Below are positions 1 through 10,770 of a stretch of 64,000 bases of DNA, piece after piece (positions within the stretch are counted from its first letter, which is position 1; every line of letters begins with the position of its first letter). The notes under the pieces were generated by a model, which was not told the origin of the DNA, ran no database searches, and saw only the letters and a program-made list of their open reading frames with translations. The stretch comes from a virus: the IMG/VR virus record IMGVR_UViG_3300021963_007958; one strand, written 5' to 3'. The position numbers and the translations under genes were made by a program.

Positions 1-371
1 CCAGGAACCCATTTTAAAGATTTAAGTGAATTTACATCGTTGGTCGTTTTCCCCCAGATATCGTGGTTTCCCACAATAACATAAACTCCGTCTTTAAATA
101 CATTAGATAGTTCTTCAGCAACGTCAACCCCAAGATTTAGAACTTTAAGGTTAACGCTCTGCCTAGAATCATACCAGTCTCCCAAATGAACTAGAACATC
201 ACCAGGTCTATAATTCTCTTTGACCAAAGGGATGAACCAGTCAAAGAAGTAATCTCTCATGATTTCAATCCACTCGTTAGACGAATTTCTAACCCCAAAG
301 TGAGTGTCGGTAATAAACCAAACTCTCTTTGCTTCGGGATTTAAATTTCTTTTACTTCCCAATCCTGCCAT
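1..371 (-). CDS. T4 gp47-like / SbcD-Mre11 recombination nuclease subunit (runs off window edge)
   Basis: Manual translation MAGLGSKRNLNPEAKRVWFITDTHFG...HLGDWYD...IVGNHD shows metallophosphoesterase motifs DxH, GDxxD, GNHD; next to helicase/UvsX. Confidence 0.88.
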   Translation of the reverse strand, partial: MAGLGSKRNLNPEAKRVWFITDTHFGVRNSSNEWIEIMRDYFFDWFIPLVKENYRPGDVLVHLGDWYDSRQSVNLKVLNLGVDVAEELSNVFKDGVYVIVGNHDIWGKTTNDVNSLKSLKWVP

Positions 372-374
372 AAT

Positions 375-869
375 TTAAAATAATCTTTTAATTCTTCTTT
401 TAGATAAAACGCTAAACTTTGTCTCTAACTCGTTGATGATTACCTCTTTGTATTTTACAGGTATCAACTCATATGCCTTTAAATAAGGAATGGAAACAAA
501 GTCACAAATAACTACGAATTTTTCAGAAAATGAAAATTCTGTTCCTTCTAGCTTTTCCAGAACATCTTGGAAAAGATGAGGGACCAGATCCTTTGGAATT
601 TTTTTCTTATACGAAAGAGGATACCATCTAGAAGATTGAAATGCTTCATAAACAGTTTCTTCTAGCTTCTTTCTGTGTAGATACTCTTCTTCGTCGTAGC
701 TGTCTTCTAAAAGTCTGTGTCCAGAATCCATGTCGAAGCTTTCCCTAAAGTCGTTAGAGGTAGCTGAGTTATTGTGGGCGCCAAAGATCTTATCTCCGAG
801 CTGCACCTTCTTTGGATCTGCCGAGTTTTCCTCAACTTCCTCCGGTTCTTCTTTCTTATTATTCCACAT
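375..869 (-). CDS. hypothetical phage protein
   Basis: 164-aa ORF tightly packed between helicase and nuclease genes. Confidence 0.75.
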   Translation of the reverse strand: MWNNKKEEPEEVEENSADPKKVQLGDKIFGAHNNSATSNDFRESFDMDSGHRLLEDSYDEEEYLHRKKLEETVYEAFQSSRWYPLSYKKKIPKDLVPHLFQDVLEKLEGTEFSFSEKFVVICDFVSIPYLKAYELIPVKYKEVIINELETKFSVLSKRRIKRLF

Positions 870-2157
870 GAATCGGATCGCTGTTTTCTACTATTCTCAT
901 GTAATTGTAATCGACGTTGAACATCTTGTGAGAGTTCTTATATCCGTCATCACGGTTAGCTATCAATTTCAGTTTATATTCTCTGTTTGCATACATGATA
1001 GGATCTTGGATAATTCCAAAGAGTCCGTCTACAGTTGCAACTAGTCCAGAGGATTCTGCTGCTGAAGTTATTGTTAAGTCTGTTGAATCGAAATCCCCTT
1101 GTTTGGTCTGAGTAGCAGTTAAAATTGCCCACTCGTTCGCCATTGCAATACCTCTTAAATCCTCAGCAATCTGCTTGATCTTCATGTAGGTGTTTTCGGA
1201 GTTTGGATTTCTCCAGTTTTTTAAAATGTTAATATAGTCGATCACCACAACCTTGAATTTGATTCCATGATGTTCTTCGACCTTCTTTAAATATCTCTCA
1301 ATATCCAAAACTGAAGCCTGTGAGGTTGGAAATTCCTTAATCCAAATCTTTCCAGGAACCTGAAGATTATCAAACTGAACGTTTGCAATTTTCTTCTTTA
1401 GAAGCTGGGTGTCGTTTGCAGCATTGTTATAATCTCCAATTGGAATGCTCAACATATTAGAACCAATTCTCTTGGCATATTTCCTGTCGTTCATCTCGAG
1501 GGTGATAATTGCCACATTGTTTCCCATCTTAGATGCTTGGATAGCCAAATTACCCAGCCACAGTGACTTTCCGACTTTGGGCATTCCCATGAAGACGTAC
1601 AGAGACTTTGCTGAAAATCCTCCACCCAGTACAGTGTCAATGAACGGGAAACCCGATTTGAACGTGTTGTGACTTAACTGTTTATGGCTTTCTGGATTGA
1701 AGAAATCTAGTCCTTCGTCAAAGGAGAAATCTAAATTATTTCTCTCTACGACAATATTCTTAAAGGTGTTAATCACCTCTTTAATATTCTCGGCTGTGAC
1801 TGGGGTTTTTTGGATATACTGAACTGCATCAACTGCAGATTTAGTTAGGTTTTTATACTCGATGAAACACTCGGTAGTTTCTGTTAGCCAGTCTTCTTGA
1901 TAGGATGTAAGTTCGATATTGTAGATTGCATCGATCTCTGACAATTCCACTTTATCTGTTACTCCTTCTAGCTTTGCAGATTCTTTCATCTGCTCTCTCG
2001 AGGGGATCTCATTGTACTTGTCCCAGAACTTCTTAGCTAGTTTATGAATCTCTCCAAAAGAATTATTTTTGAAGAATTCGGGTCTAGCATTCTCCAAATA
2101 TATTGGATTGCTTAGAATGTTTCTGAGAATGATATTTTCTGAATAGGATAATTCCAT
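859..2157 (-). CDS. DnaB-like replicative helicase (T4 gp41-like)
   Basis: Walker A GMPKVGKS, ITLEM, VIDYINIL, TATQT motifs. Confidence 0.93.
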   Translation of the reverse strand: MELSYSENIILRNILSNPIYLENARPEFFKNNSFGEIHKLAKKFWDKYNEIPSREQMKESAKLEGVTDKVELSEIDAIYNIELTSYQEDWLTETTECFIEYKNLTKSAVDAVQYIQKTPVTAENIKEVINTFKNIVVERNNLDFSFDEGLDFFNPESHKQLSHNTFKSGFPFIDTVLGGGFSAKSLYVFMGMPKVGKSLWLGNLAIQASKMGNNVAIITLEMNDRKYAKRIGSNMLSIPIGDYNNAANDTQLLKKKIANVQFDNLQVPGKIWIKEFPTSQASVLDIERYLKKVEEHHGIKFKVVVIDYINILKNWRNPNSENTYMKIKQIAEDLRGIAMANEWAILTATQTKQGDFDSTDLTITSAAESSGLVATVDGLFGIIQDPIMYANREYKLKLIANRDDGYKNSHKMFNVDYNYMRIVENSDPIHVE

Positions 2158-2456
2158 TAATTATAATAGGGGTTATTTTTGATTTTGTACCACACCTTTG
2201 GAGAAACTTTTTTAGTGTCAACTTCAAATTCTCCGGTTTCGATCATTTCGTCAACAATCTGTTTAAATTTAGTCTCCTCCCAATTTGGTCCAAAAGGTGC
2301 TTTTAAGGTCTGAAGTGAAAAACTTCCATTGGGTCTACCGTCCTTCATTAGATAGACGTTCAGTTCATAGATAACGTCTTCTTTTGTGGGGTAGTCTGGC
2401 ATAGTTCGCCAGAGATTCATTAAATATTTAAACTTGATCTTATTCTTGTTCATCAC
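2157..2456 (-). CDS. hypothetical protein (possible winged helix)
   Basis: 99 aa, translationally coupled between UvsX and helicase. Confidence 0.7.
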   Translation of the reverse strand: MMNKNKIKFKYLMNLWRTMPDYPTKEDVIYELNVYLMKDGRPNGSFSLQTLKAPFGPNWEETKFKQIVDEMIETGEFEVDTKKVSPKVWYKIKNNPYYN

Positions 2457-3624
2457 CGTCTTCTAAGTCTCCACCCATTTCTGCTTCTAAAGCTCTTGTA
2501 ATGTCTTCATTAGTTCCCATTGCAGGAAGGATGAAGTGAGGTTTGATGACTCTTTCATCTAGCTGTTGTAGTACGTCCTGAGTGAAAATTTCAGGCGTAA
2601 ATAGCTGAGATGATGTTACGGTTTTACCCAAGTGTTTGATTGCCCATCTGGTTGATGAGGCATTCGGAGTGAAGACTAACTCTTTAACCCCGTCTTTATT
2701 TTTAACTTCTTCCAGTTTTCCTCTTTCGATTCCACAAGCTTCCCAAGTAACAAAGTCCTGAAGACCAACGTATGGGTTCATACCGTTTGCAAAAGAGATG
2801 TGAAATTTAACAGGCTCTGGAATTGTAAATCTGCTCTTCTTAAGATTTGAGGTAACTATAATACCAGTTTTAGTTGTGCTATTTCCTTCTTTTAGCTGTG
2901 CTTTAGACAGGAAAGAAATAACTGACATAGCGAAGATTGGACCATCTCCACCAGAAGATTCTTTGGTCGGGAAGAATCCGCCACCAGCATAAACGTGGTT
3001 TGTGCAAATAAGAGGAATTCTAGCTGCAGTTAGATCAAGAGTGATAACACGAAATAACTTTCTAAGTTCTTTTGCCTTTGCTCCCATATCTGCTGCATTC
3101 TTACCAGTCATTGCATCGTTCAATTCTTTATCAGTGCTTAACATACCTAAAGAATCCACGATTAAAAGAATCTTTGGACTTGCTCCAGCATCTTTTGCCT
3201 TCTTAACAAGAGAGATAAGATTACTCACGAAAGTTTGAAACTCTGTAACAGTCTTGATCGGCTGATATCTAACTTTGTTAGGATCGATGCCAAACTTAAT
3301 AGCAGAAGATTTATCGATAGCGCCCTCTGTATCGCAGTAGACTACATCATAACCCTTCTTCTGGGCTTCTCTCGCTACGTTCAAACAAACGAAAGACTTA
3401 CCTGTTCCAGGATCCCCCATCAGACCCAAGGATCTGGTGTTTGGGATACCTCCAAATAGTGAACCTGATAACTGAGCATTGAGTAGGTAGTTTCCGGTTG
3501 GGATCCATTCATCCACTTCGCTGAATGTATTTTCGGCTAGAATTGATCCGGTCTCGAATCCGGCGATCTTGGAAAGCTCTTTATCCAAGTCTAAAAATGA
3601 AAATTCTGATTTTTGTTTAGCCAT
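2440..3624 (-). CDS. uvsX: RecA/UvsX-like recombinase
   Basis: IPTG..LLN..LSG, Walker A GDPGTGKS, DTEGA, IVDSLG, TNHVY, SGG, KSRF. Confidence 0.93.
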   Translation of the reverse strand: MAKQKSEFSFLDLDKELSKIAGFETGSILAENTFSEVDEWIPTGNYLLNAQLSGSLFGGIPNTRSLGLMGDPGTGKSFVCLNVAREAQKKGYDVVYCDTEGAIDKSSAIKFGIDPNKVRYQPIKTVTEFQTFVSNLISLVKKAKDAGASPKILLIVDSLGMLSTDKELNDAMTGKNAADMGAKAKELRKLFRVITLDLTAARIPLICTNHVYAGGGFFPTKESSGGDGPIFAMSVISFLSKAQLKEGNSTTKTGIIVTSNLKKSRFTIPEPVKFHISFANGMNPYVGLQDFVTWEACGIERGKLEEVKNKDGVKELVFTPNASSTRWAIKHLGKTVTSSQLFTPEIFTQDVLQQLDERVIKPHFILPAMGTNEDITRALEAEMGGDLEDGDEQE

Positions 3625-3685
3625 AAACGTTTTTATTATTTTTGTAATGATTATACACTAGATTCTTTGTTTTGTTTCTTTGCAG

Positions 3686-3693
3686 GATATATA
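3686..3693 (+). promoter_or_regulatory. putative late promoter GATATATA
   Basis: One of ~16 intergenic, gene-oriented [GA]ATATATA sites. Confidence 0.6.
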
Positions 3694-3714
3694 GGACAAA
3701 CTAACAAAAATCAA

Positions 3715-5076
3715 ATGAACAATAAATTTGTACTGGAATCTTTTCGAGCTTATCTTGAATTTACAGGGGAAAAAATCACAGAGGGTAAAAGCGATTTTGC
3801 TCTAGATCTAAATTTTGTTAAAGGATATGTCGATAAGATACTCGAAAAACAAAAGGAGTTGACCTCGAAATCCTCAATATTCTCCAAATACGCAGATTCA
3901 CCAAATCCATACGAATCCTGGATTAAAGAATGGAAAGGAAGAAAATCGAATGCAGGTAAAGATTGGCCAGATAAAAAATCTCCTACTGCATTACACGTCT
4001 ATGGATCATTTGCAGCTCCATATCTATGGGATAAATTAACTCCTGAGCAGAAAGACGAAACTTATAAAGACCTAATGGGTCTTATGAAGGGAAGCGGATA
4101 CTCAACAGAAAAAGAATTTAATAAACTTCTAAAGGATAAAGATCAGGTTGGAGCAAAACCTTATGTTGCTGTTATCCCATCTTTTGTAGAAATACCACCA
4201 ACAGAAATTTCTGTTCCTGGTAAAATTACAATAAATGGTATTGATGAAGGCATAGAGAATAAAGTTTTCAAAGATAATAGATGGGGTTCGGGTGACGATT
4301 CAGCAGGTGGAAAAGTAAATCCAGATGCCTTTCAAGATCCAGCAGTTCTAGCAGATATTAAATCCGAGATTGACAATTTTATGAAAAGTTTTTCCTCAGG
4401 AGAAATAAGTAAAATTATCTCTCTTAGAATAGAATCGTCTGCTTCGAGATACAGAAATACCAGTGATAACGGAGGAAAAGCAGAGAAATTATCTTGGGGC
4501 GAACTTGCTTATAACAGAGCAATAACTATTTTAAACTTATTTAGTGAGGCAGCAGACACCTATAATCTTTCAGAGGAGAAAAGAAAAGAACTAAAAGAAA
4601 AAGTTTTAATAGATTCCAAGGGGTCTAATGGGGACGGAACTAGTGGTCCTAATCCTCCAACTCCTTTAAAATTTGGTTACTACGACGAAAAATCAACATT
4701 TGTTTTGGATAACGGAACATTTGGAAAGGGAAAATCACCAGAAGAAAATAGAAAAACAGTAGTAAAGGCAGTATTGGGAGAAGGAGGAAAACCTACTGGA
4801 AAGTATACAACTGCATCTATTGATCCAGAAGCTACAGCAGAAAGCTATGGTAAATTTAGATATGTTAACTTTGTCATTGAAGCAGAAACAATGTCCAAAG
4901 AACCAGATTTAATAGTTAAAGTACCGGGAGCAAAAGAAGCAAAATACACTCCGAAGGTTGGATTTCCTAAAACTACTTCAGGACCACCAATAAAGAGGAA
5001 GAAAAGAATAAGGAGAATTATAGGAATTCCCGGAACAGGGACAAGTCCATTCTCGTGTCCAGGAGATCAATTCTAA
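3715..5076 (+). CDS. putative virion protein with OmpA-C-like domain (start revised to ATG 3715)
   Basis: ATG follows GATATATA; SLRIESSASR...ELAYNRAITI...RYVNFVIE resembles the OmpA_C fold; CTS-like N-terminus. Confidence 0.55.
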   Translation: MNNKFVLESFRAYLEFTGEKITEGKSDFALDLNFVKGYVDKILEKQKELTSKSSIFSKYADSPNPYESWIKEWKGRKSNAGKDWPDKKSPTALHVYGSFAAPYLWDKLTPEQKDETYKDLMGLMKGSGYSTEKEFNKLLKDKDQVGAKPYVAVIPSFVEIPPTEISVPGKITINGIDEGIENKVFKDNRWGSGDDSAGGKVNPDAFQDPAVLADIKSEIDNFMKSFSSGEISKIISLRIESSASRYRNTSDNGGKAEKLSWGELAYNRAITILNLFSEAADTYNLSEEKRKELKEKVLIDSKGSNGDGTSGPNPPTPLKFGYYDEKSTFVLDNGTFGKGKSPEENRKTVVKAVLGEGGKPTGKYTTASIDPEATAESYGKFRYVNFVIEAETMSKEPDLIVKVPGAKEAKYTPKVGFPKTTSGPPIKRKKRIRRIIGIPGTGTSPFSCPGDQF

Positions 5077-5093
5077 TCCAAGGAATCATATAC

Positions 5094-5123
5094 AAAAAAA
5101 CCCGACTAAAAATCGGGTTTTTT
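5094..5123. terminator. bidirectional intrinsic terminator
   Basis: A7-CCCGA-loop-TCGGG-T6 between convergent genes. Confidence 0.85.
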
Positions 5124-5138
5124 GTTTGGAAATAAATT

Positions 5139-5678
5139 TTAGATTCCGAAAGTAATAACGCAGAAGTACCTTATTCCTGGTTCTCCTTCGAAGATGTAGT
5201 TTTGATCCTTTACAATTTTAATCCCAACTTTATGAGCATCTTTATGAATCATTGCTTCGTTGTGTCCGGGGCTAAGTTTAAAAGACTCTATTATTTTTTT
5301 GGCAAGGTCTTTATTGAAATAGTTAAATCCTTTTAAAGATCCCTTTCCGCCTAAAGTAATTTCTTGTCTACCAAATGGGCAATCCAAACCAGAGAAGTGT
5401 TTAATTCTTTCATCTGGATCTGAGATTTCATCAAATCCAGGGAAGTCTTGAAATTCAAAGTGAGTTACACTATCAGATAAAAGTTCATATTTTACTTGAT
5501 GTTCAGCAGCTTTACAAAGACCTTTGTCGATCACTAATGGGCTTAGACCTTTAGAAACTCTATATTCGTTCAAATATTTAATAGTCTTTAATTCAGAAGA
5601 GTCTTGAGCTAAAGCTAAGATTGGAATTAAGAAGGAGATTAGAGCTAATTTTTTCATGATCTTTGATGTTTGGTTCAT
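5139..5678 (-). CDS. CAP/SCP-domain secreted protein (start 5678 or 5657)
   Basis: Signal peptide MKKLALISFLIPILALAQ; LNEYR..GL.PL..D..L..AA..H; SPGH..AM. Confidence 0.8.
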   Translation of the reverse strand: MNQTSKIMKKLALISFLIPILALAQDSSELKTIKYLNEYRVSKGLSPLVIDKGLCKAAEHQVKYELLSDSVTHFEFQDFPGFDEISDPDERIKHFSGLDCPFGRQEITLGGKGSLKGFNYFNKDLAKKIIESFKLSPGHNEAMIHKDAHKVGIKIVKDQNYIFEGEPGIRYFCVITFGI

Positions 5679-5706
5679 ATAAATATACGAACCTCGGGAC
5701 AAATAA

Positions 5707-6987
5707 TCAGGAATAAATTGGAAATCTTTGCATTAAATTTCTAGCTCTTTCTTTTGTTGTTATCAGAACTTGTGGGTTGTTGTGATTCCGAAGTGCTGTG
5801 TCAATTAAATCTGCAATTATCGCCATCTCCTTCTCTTTCAATCCCCGCGTAGTAACGGCAGCAGTTCCGATTCTAATCCCGGAGGTGACAAAAGGGCTTC
5901 TAGTCTCGAACGGAACCGTGTTTTTATTCACCGTGATGTCACACTTAACGAGAGTGTCCTCAGCCATCTTGCCGGTTAAACTATTAAACTTGGACCTCAG
6001 ATCTATCAGCATCAGATGATTATCGGTTCCTCCTGAGATAATAGAATATCCCATCTCGGCTAAATGTCCTGCAAGCGTCCTAGAGTTCTTTATTACCTGT
6101 TCACAGTATTCTCTAAAGTCATCACTAAGTGCTTCTTTAAACGCTGCTGCTTTAGCTCCTATAATGTGTTCTAAAGGTCCTCCCTGAGTTCCAGGAAAAA
6201 CTGCTCCATCTAAAATTGAACTCATCATCTTGATATCTCCCTTTAGAGTCTTTTCACCAAATGGATTTGCGAAGTCTTTTCCCATCATAATAACTCCTCC
6301 TCTTGGACCTCTTAGAGTCTTATGAGTTGTCGTGGTTAAAATATGACAGTGAGGGACCGGATCGTTTAATAGTCCACTTGCAATCAAACCTGCAGGATGA
6401 GAAATATCTCCCATCAAAATTGCTCCAACCGAGTCTGCAATAGATCTAAATCTTTCATAATCCCAGTCTCTAGAATATGAGCTAGCCCCGCAAATGATTA
6501 ATTTGGGTCTTTCCCTCTTTGCTATCTCCTCTATCTTGTCGTAGTTTAGTAGACCAGTCTCCTCATCAACTCCATAAAAAGATGGGGTGTAGTTCTTGCC
6601 CGAAAAATTAACAGGGGATCCGTGAGTCAAGTGCCCTCCGTGACTGAGATCAAATCCTAAGATTTTATCGCCCGGTCTCAGAACTGCTAGCATCACAGCT
6701 GCATTTGCTTGGGATCCTGAATGTGGCTGAACATTAGCCCATTCCACACCAAATAGCTTCTTTAATCTGTCGATAGCTAGCTGTTCAACCTTATCAACAA
6801 TCTGACATCCTCCGTAATATCTACGGCTGGGAAGTCCTTCGGCATATTTATTGGTTAGAATACTACCTGCAATGTCCATTATTTGCTGGCTGACAAAATT
6901 CTCCGAAGCGATCAGTTCAATCCCTTCTTGTTGTCTCTTGAGTTCCTGATCGATCAGATCAAAAATCTCTTCATCTTTAGAGTGCAT
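5707..6987 (-). CDS. glyA: serine hydroxymethyltransferase
   Basis: [37 protein letters not shown]-lysine motif. Confidence 0.98.
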   Translation of the reverse strand: MHSKDEEIFDLIDQELKRQQEGIELIASENFVSQQIMDIAGSILTNKYAEGLPSRRYYGGCQIVDKVEQLAIDRLKKLFGVEWANVQPHSGSQANAAVMLAVLRPGDKILGFDLSHGGHLTHGSPVNFSGKNYTPSFYGVDEETGLLNYDKIEEIAKRERPKLIICGASSYSRDWDYERFRSIADSVGAILMGDISHPAGLIASGLLNDPVPHCHILTTTTHKTLRGPRGGVIMMGKDFANPFGEKTLKGDIKMMSSILDGAVFPGTQGGPLEHIIGAKAAAFKEALSDDFREYCEQVIKNSRTLAGHLAEMGYSIISGGTDNHLMLIDLRSKFNSLTGKMAEDTLVKCDITVNKNTVPFETRSPFVTSGIRIGTAAVTTRGLKEKEMAIIADLIDTALRNHNNPQVLITTKERARNLMQRFPIYS

Positions 6988-7018
6988 TAATTTATAGAGT
7001 TCGTTACCCTATATATTA

Positions 7019-7249
7019 TCAGCTAAAAAGAGGTCCAGGATTAATGTCTGTTAGATTTGGGTTCTTTCCCTTAGACTTTAGATATTCAATAGCTGCCTGT
7101 CCTGCCCAATCCATAGGGTCCGACATTTTAGGTTCCCCATAAACTCCCCCTTGTTGAACTTGTCTGTTGGTTGGGTCTACACCTGCTACTTTATTCATTG
7201 AATCTAGCTTTCTTTTAATAGAATCTAGATATTCCTGGTTTGGCATCAT
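7019..7249 (-). CDS. hypothetical protein
   Basis: 76-aa ORF, co-directional with neighbours. Confidence 0.6.
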   Translation of the reverse strand: MMPNQEYLDSIKRKLDSMNKVAGVDPTNRQVQQGGVYGEPKMSDPMDWAGQAAIEYLKSKGKNPNLTDINPGPLFS

Positions 7250-7430
7250 ATCTTATTTATCCTTTGAATTTGGCATTTTAGTTCGGGGGCTGGTTTAGAT
7301 CTCCCCTAAGATACTGAGTTTGGGTTCGTGTCTTAGATGCTCTAAGATAATATTCTTCCCCTGGGAATCTAAGTAATTCTTTTACTAGTGTTCCTGAGAA
7401 AAAGTTTCCCGGACTTAAAAAATTTTTGAA

Positions 7431-8585
7431 TTATTTTCTAAGAGTGTATTTCTTAGCTAGAAAATCGGAAAGATCGTCGATGTTTTTCTTCTTCTGAGCT
7501 ACCTTTTTAGCAGCTTCCTCTTCAGCAGATTTAACTTGAGCATCCCCGGAATACCTCAGATCGTTTATATCCGTTGTTCCTGCAATCACGTCAGTGGATT
7601 TCTTTCTTCTGACATTTGTTTCTGCCTGTTTAAGTATTCCTTCCCTAACCTTGTCGATTATATCTTGTGCGGAATTTTCAAACTCTGAAGCTGCTGAAAT
7701 TGGCTGATATGTGGAAACTAATTTTTGTCTTAGCGCATCAGCTTTTGGGTTCAATGCAGTTATCTCAGCATCGAACTTTTGAAGCTTTTTATAGTAGCCC
7801 TCTGCTGCTCTTTCTCCGATATTAGGGATATCATTCTGCATGATATTCTTAACCTTGTTGACATTGGGAACTATGTAAGTATCCTGAAAAGAAATAACTT
7901 CATTTTTTGAGTCCGGATAAGCAACTGCCAGATTATCTAGCATGTCATACATATTTAGAAGTTTTGCCCCTGTTGAGTCTGCTAATCTTAGAAGATCCTG
8001 AGGTGTAGGGGGTACAAATTCTTGACCTTCAGAGACGAAAGAGAGATTCTCTTGGAGAGCAAGAGGTTTCATTGCCTTAAGGATCTCATCCATGATAGAC
8101 ATTGACTTTGTTTTCTCTTCCGGGGTAAAGTTTTTAAGGGCTGCATTTGAAGCGGACCTTAAAAACTCAGTAGCTTGAGGAAGATTCTCAGTTTCCTGCC
8201 CATAGTCATATTGCCCTCTTGCTCCAAATTCCCCTGGCTTAACCGGAAGATCCGAAAGAGAAGCAACTTTTCCTTGTAGAAATTTGGACATTTTAACAAT
8301 CATGTCCCATCTTGCTGTTGGATCTTTTACTTTGATAATCTGGTCCATCAACTTTGGCCAGTTGTTAGGATCAAAAAATCCAGGTTTTTGGGCAAAGAAG
8401 AATCCGTAAAGACCAAAGATCTCGGAAAGCTTATAAGCGATGCTTCTGTAAGAGTCCTCTTTCCCTTTTTTGTCCGGACCTAAAGTTGAATCCTCATTAA
8501 CAGAAAAAGTCCCACTTAAGGGACTTGTTTCTGTTTCCGATAGGCGGAAAGATTTAAAATTTTGTATGTTTGAAAGTCTTCTCAT
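7431..8585 (-). CDS. helical putative internal virion protein
   Basis: CTS-like N-terminus MRRLSNIQNFKSFRLSE; downstream of two related large genes. Confidence 0.55.
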   Translation of the reverse strand: MRRLSNIQNFKSFRLSETETSPLSGTFSVNEDSTLGPDKKGKEDSYRSIAYKLSEIFGLYGFFFAQKPGFFDPNNWPKLMDQIIKVKDPTARWDMIVKMSKFLQGKVASLSDLPVKPGEFGARGQYDYGQETENLPQATEFLRSASNAALKNFTPEEKTKSMSIMDEILKAMKPLALQENLSFVSEGQEFVPPTPQDLLRLADSTGAKLLNMYDMLDNLAVAYPDSKNEVISFQDTYIVPNVNKVKNIMQNDIPNIGERAAEGYYKKLQKFDAEITALNPKADALRQKLVSTYQPISAASEFENSAQDIIDKVREGILKQAETNVRRKKSTDVIAGTTDINDLRYSGDAQVKSAEEEAAKKVAQKKKNIDDLSDFLAKKYTLRK

Positions 8586-8603
8586 TAAAGAGAATTTCTT
8601 ACT

Positions 8604-10721
8604 TTATTTTAGAAGTTTAAGAATTTCTTCTTTCATGGTATCTCCTTTAACGGACATAGTCTTGGTTCCTACACTTTTAACCTCTCCCGCTAGGGTTTCA
8701 GCTCCACCAATCCAAGGTTTTTCGTCCAGTTCATAAAGTTCCTGGAATCTTTTGATTGCTGGTTTTCCGTCTTTCATCTTTTTACCGCTTAGAGCTTTAA
8801 GAATAGTCAAAACGTAAGCAAGATCCGATTCTTTTACATATCCATCGAGAGCATCTACTACTCCTTTAACTCCGTTTCTTCTGTCCTTAAGAAGATCAAT
8901 AGCAGTTGCTGCTACTGCACCACCAAGAGGAAATCCAAGGAATGCTGCATACTTAGCTGCTGGAAGAATGGTATTGATAAAAGAAGATAGACCTGAAGTT
9001 TCTCCTAGAATGTCATCATCAGTAAGAGTTCCTTCTGTTTCATTCGCTTTTGCAGTATATTTTTCTTTCAGAAGATCAGCTAGAATTTTATAAGCCCACT
9101 GTCCTCTAGGAGCTTTTGGATCGTTTAATTTATTTGGAGTTTCAGCTCCATTTCTTGTATCGTAAAGACCTCTTAGAGTATCTTCTCCTGCAAGACCATC
9201 TACGTGTTTACCGTTAAGCTTTTGGAATGATTTAACTCTTTCTACCGTATCGTCTGTGTAATTCTTCTCATCTGCAGTTTGTCCTACGATTCTATTGATT
9301 GCAACCACTACGTTTCCGGTGTCCCCCTTCTTATAAAGGAGTTTTACCTTTGCTGGTCCTGCTTCTTTAGAAGGATCGTATTTGGATTTTTTAGCAGCCT
9401 GATTTGATGAAGAAGCCTTAGAAGCCTTAACTGCTGCTTGGACATCAAAAGCTTCAGAAATCCCCGAATAAGCATCAAAGCTAAGAATTCTAGATTCTTT
9501 AATAGCTTCATCTTTCTTCAATTCTGCATAAAGTTCATTTGTGATATCAGGAGACGATGGATTTTCAAGACCGTATCCAGACTTCATAACTTTTACGATT
9601 TCTGCCGTACTACGACCAAATTTACCGTCTGTTCCCATTGATTTAAACTCAGGAAGATTTGCGACCGACTTTACGTTTTTGAATTTATTCATTACCAACT
9701 CCTGGAATTCTTTAACTTTTCCGTTCTCTTCGTTAGATTTTTCTGGGTTGTATTCTACAACTGTTGCCTTTAAACCTGCTTTTTTAGTTGCTTCTTCCCC
9801 TTCTTTATTTTGAAGGTAGGTGATCTCTTTATCTTTTGCATCCTGAACTAGAGCTAAAGCCTGAACTAGAATTGCTGCTGCTTCTTTGTTAGTAGCATCT
9901 TGCTTAAGCATTTTTTCTGCAATTTTATCAGCTTCGGTTGGGATTTCCGCAAGTCTTGTAGCTGCTTTTTTAATCTCGTCTTTGCTGATCTCGTTATTCT
10001 TCTTGTCTAAAAGATCTCCCATCTTTGCAGCAATCTGGTTTACTTCAGTTTGGAGTTTTTGTACGTCTGCTGCCATTCCTGGAGTCTGAGCTAGAGAAGC
10101 AAGTTTTGCAGTGACAAGAGTTACCTGTTTGGATACATCTTCGATCATTCCCTTTTTACCTTGAAGAATTCCTTCGAAAATTTCCTCATCATCTCCGTGG
10201 TAAAAAGAATCATTCACCACTTTTGCTAGATCTGTCTTAAGATCATTGGACTTGGCAGAGTCTTGAATTCCTTTTAGATAAGAATCTATCTTAGCGTTGA
10301 TAAAGTCGTTAATGTGCTTAAGTTCTTCTGGTTGATCTTTGTATTGGTTGATCAAAGCTCCAAGAGCGTCTGCTGCTTTAGTTCCGGCAGCAACCCAAGC
10401 ATCGATAGCCTCTGGTGCTCCCTTTGTTGTGTTTTCTGCGGAAGCCTGCTTAACTTTGCCCATAATTTTAATAAGGGCTGCTGGCTTATCTGCTACGGGA
10501 GCAGATTTTATAGAAGCCATGTCAGCATCTATGTTCGCATCGTAGGATTTAGCAGGGAAAGTCAATTCTGAGCTGTATGAATTTAAAGCAGTAGTCAAAA
10601 TAAGACCTAAAGTTTGATCATAAAGCTTGCTAGCTTCTGTCGGCTTAGCAAGAAGCCCTGGCCCTGCTGCGTCTGCTTCATAAAGAGCGCTAAAGCTGGA
10701 GAAGTCGTGTATTTTTCTCAT
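8604..10721 (-). CDS. large putative virion/ejection protein with peptidoglycan-binding domains
   Basis: VKEFQ...DGKFG..T and KKGDTG..V...VKSFQ..NG..VDGLAG..T PG_binding_1-like motifs; hydrophobic Gly-rich segment; paralog of 10771-12411. Confidence 0.65.
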   Translation of the reverse strand: MRKIHDFSSFSALYEADAAGPGLLAKPTEASKLYDQTLGLILTTALNSYSSELTFPAKSYDANIDADMASIKSAPVADKPAALIKIMGKVKQASAENTTKGAPEAIDAWVAAGTKAADALGALINQYKDQPEELKHINDFINAKIDSYLKGIQDSAKSNDLKTDLAKVVNDSFYHGDDEEIFEGILQGKKGMIEDVSKQVTLVTAKLASLAQTPGMAADVQKLQTEVNQIAAKMGDLLDKKNNEISKDEIKKAATRLAEIPTEADKIAEKMLKQDATNKEAAAILVQALALVQDAKDKEITYLQNKEGEEATKKAGLKATVVEYNPEKSNEENGKVKEFQELVMNKFKNVKSVANLPEFKSMGTDGKFGRSTAEIVKVMKSGYGLENPSSPDITNELYAELKKDEAIKESRILSFDAYSGISEAFDVQAAVKASKASSSNQAAKKSKYDPSKEAGPAKVKLLYKKGDTGNVVVAINRIVGQTADEKNYTDDTVERVKSFQKLNGKHVDGLAGEDTLRGLYDTRNGAETPNKLNDPKAPRGQWAYKILADLLKEKYTAKANETEGTLTDDDILGETSGLSSFINTILPAAKYAAFLGFPLGGAVAATAIDLLKDRRNGVKGVVDALDGYVKESDLAYVLTILKALSGKKMKDGKPAIKRFQELYELDEKPWIGGAETLAGEVKSVGTKTMSVKGDTMKEEILKLLK

Positions 10722-10770
10722 ATTGAATTTATTTTTAATTTTCTTATATATCTTTTTTTTTGAAGATTTT

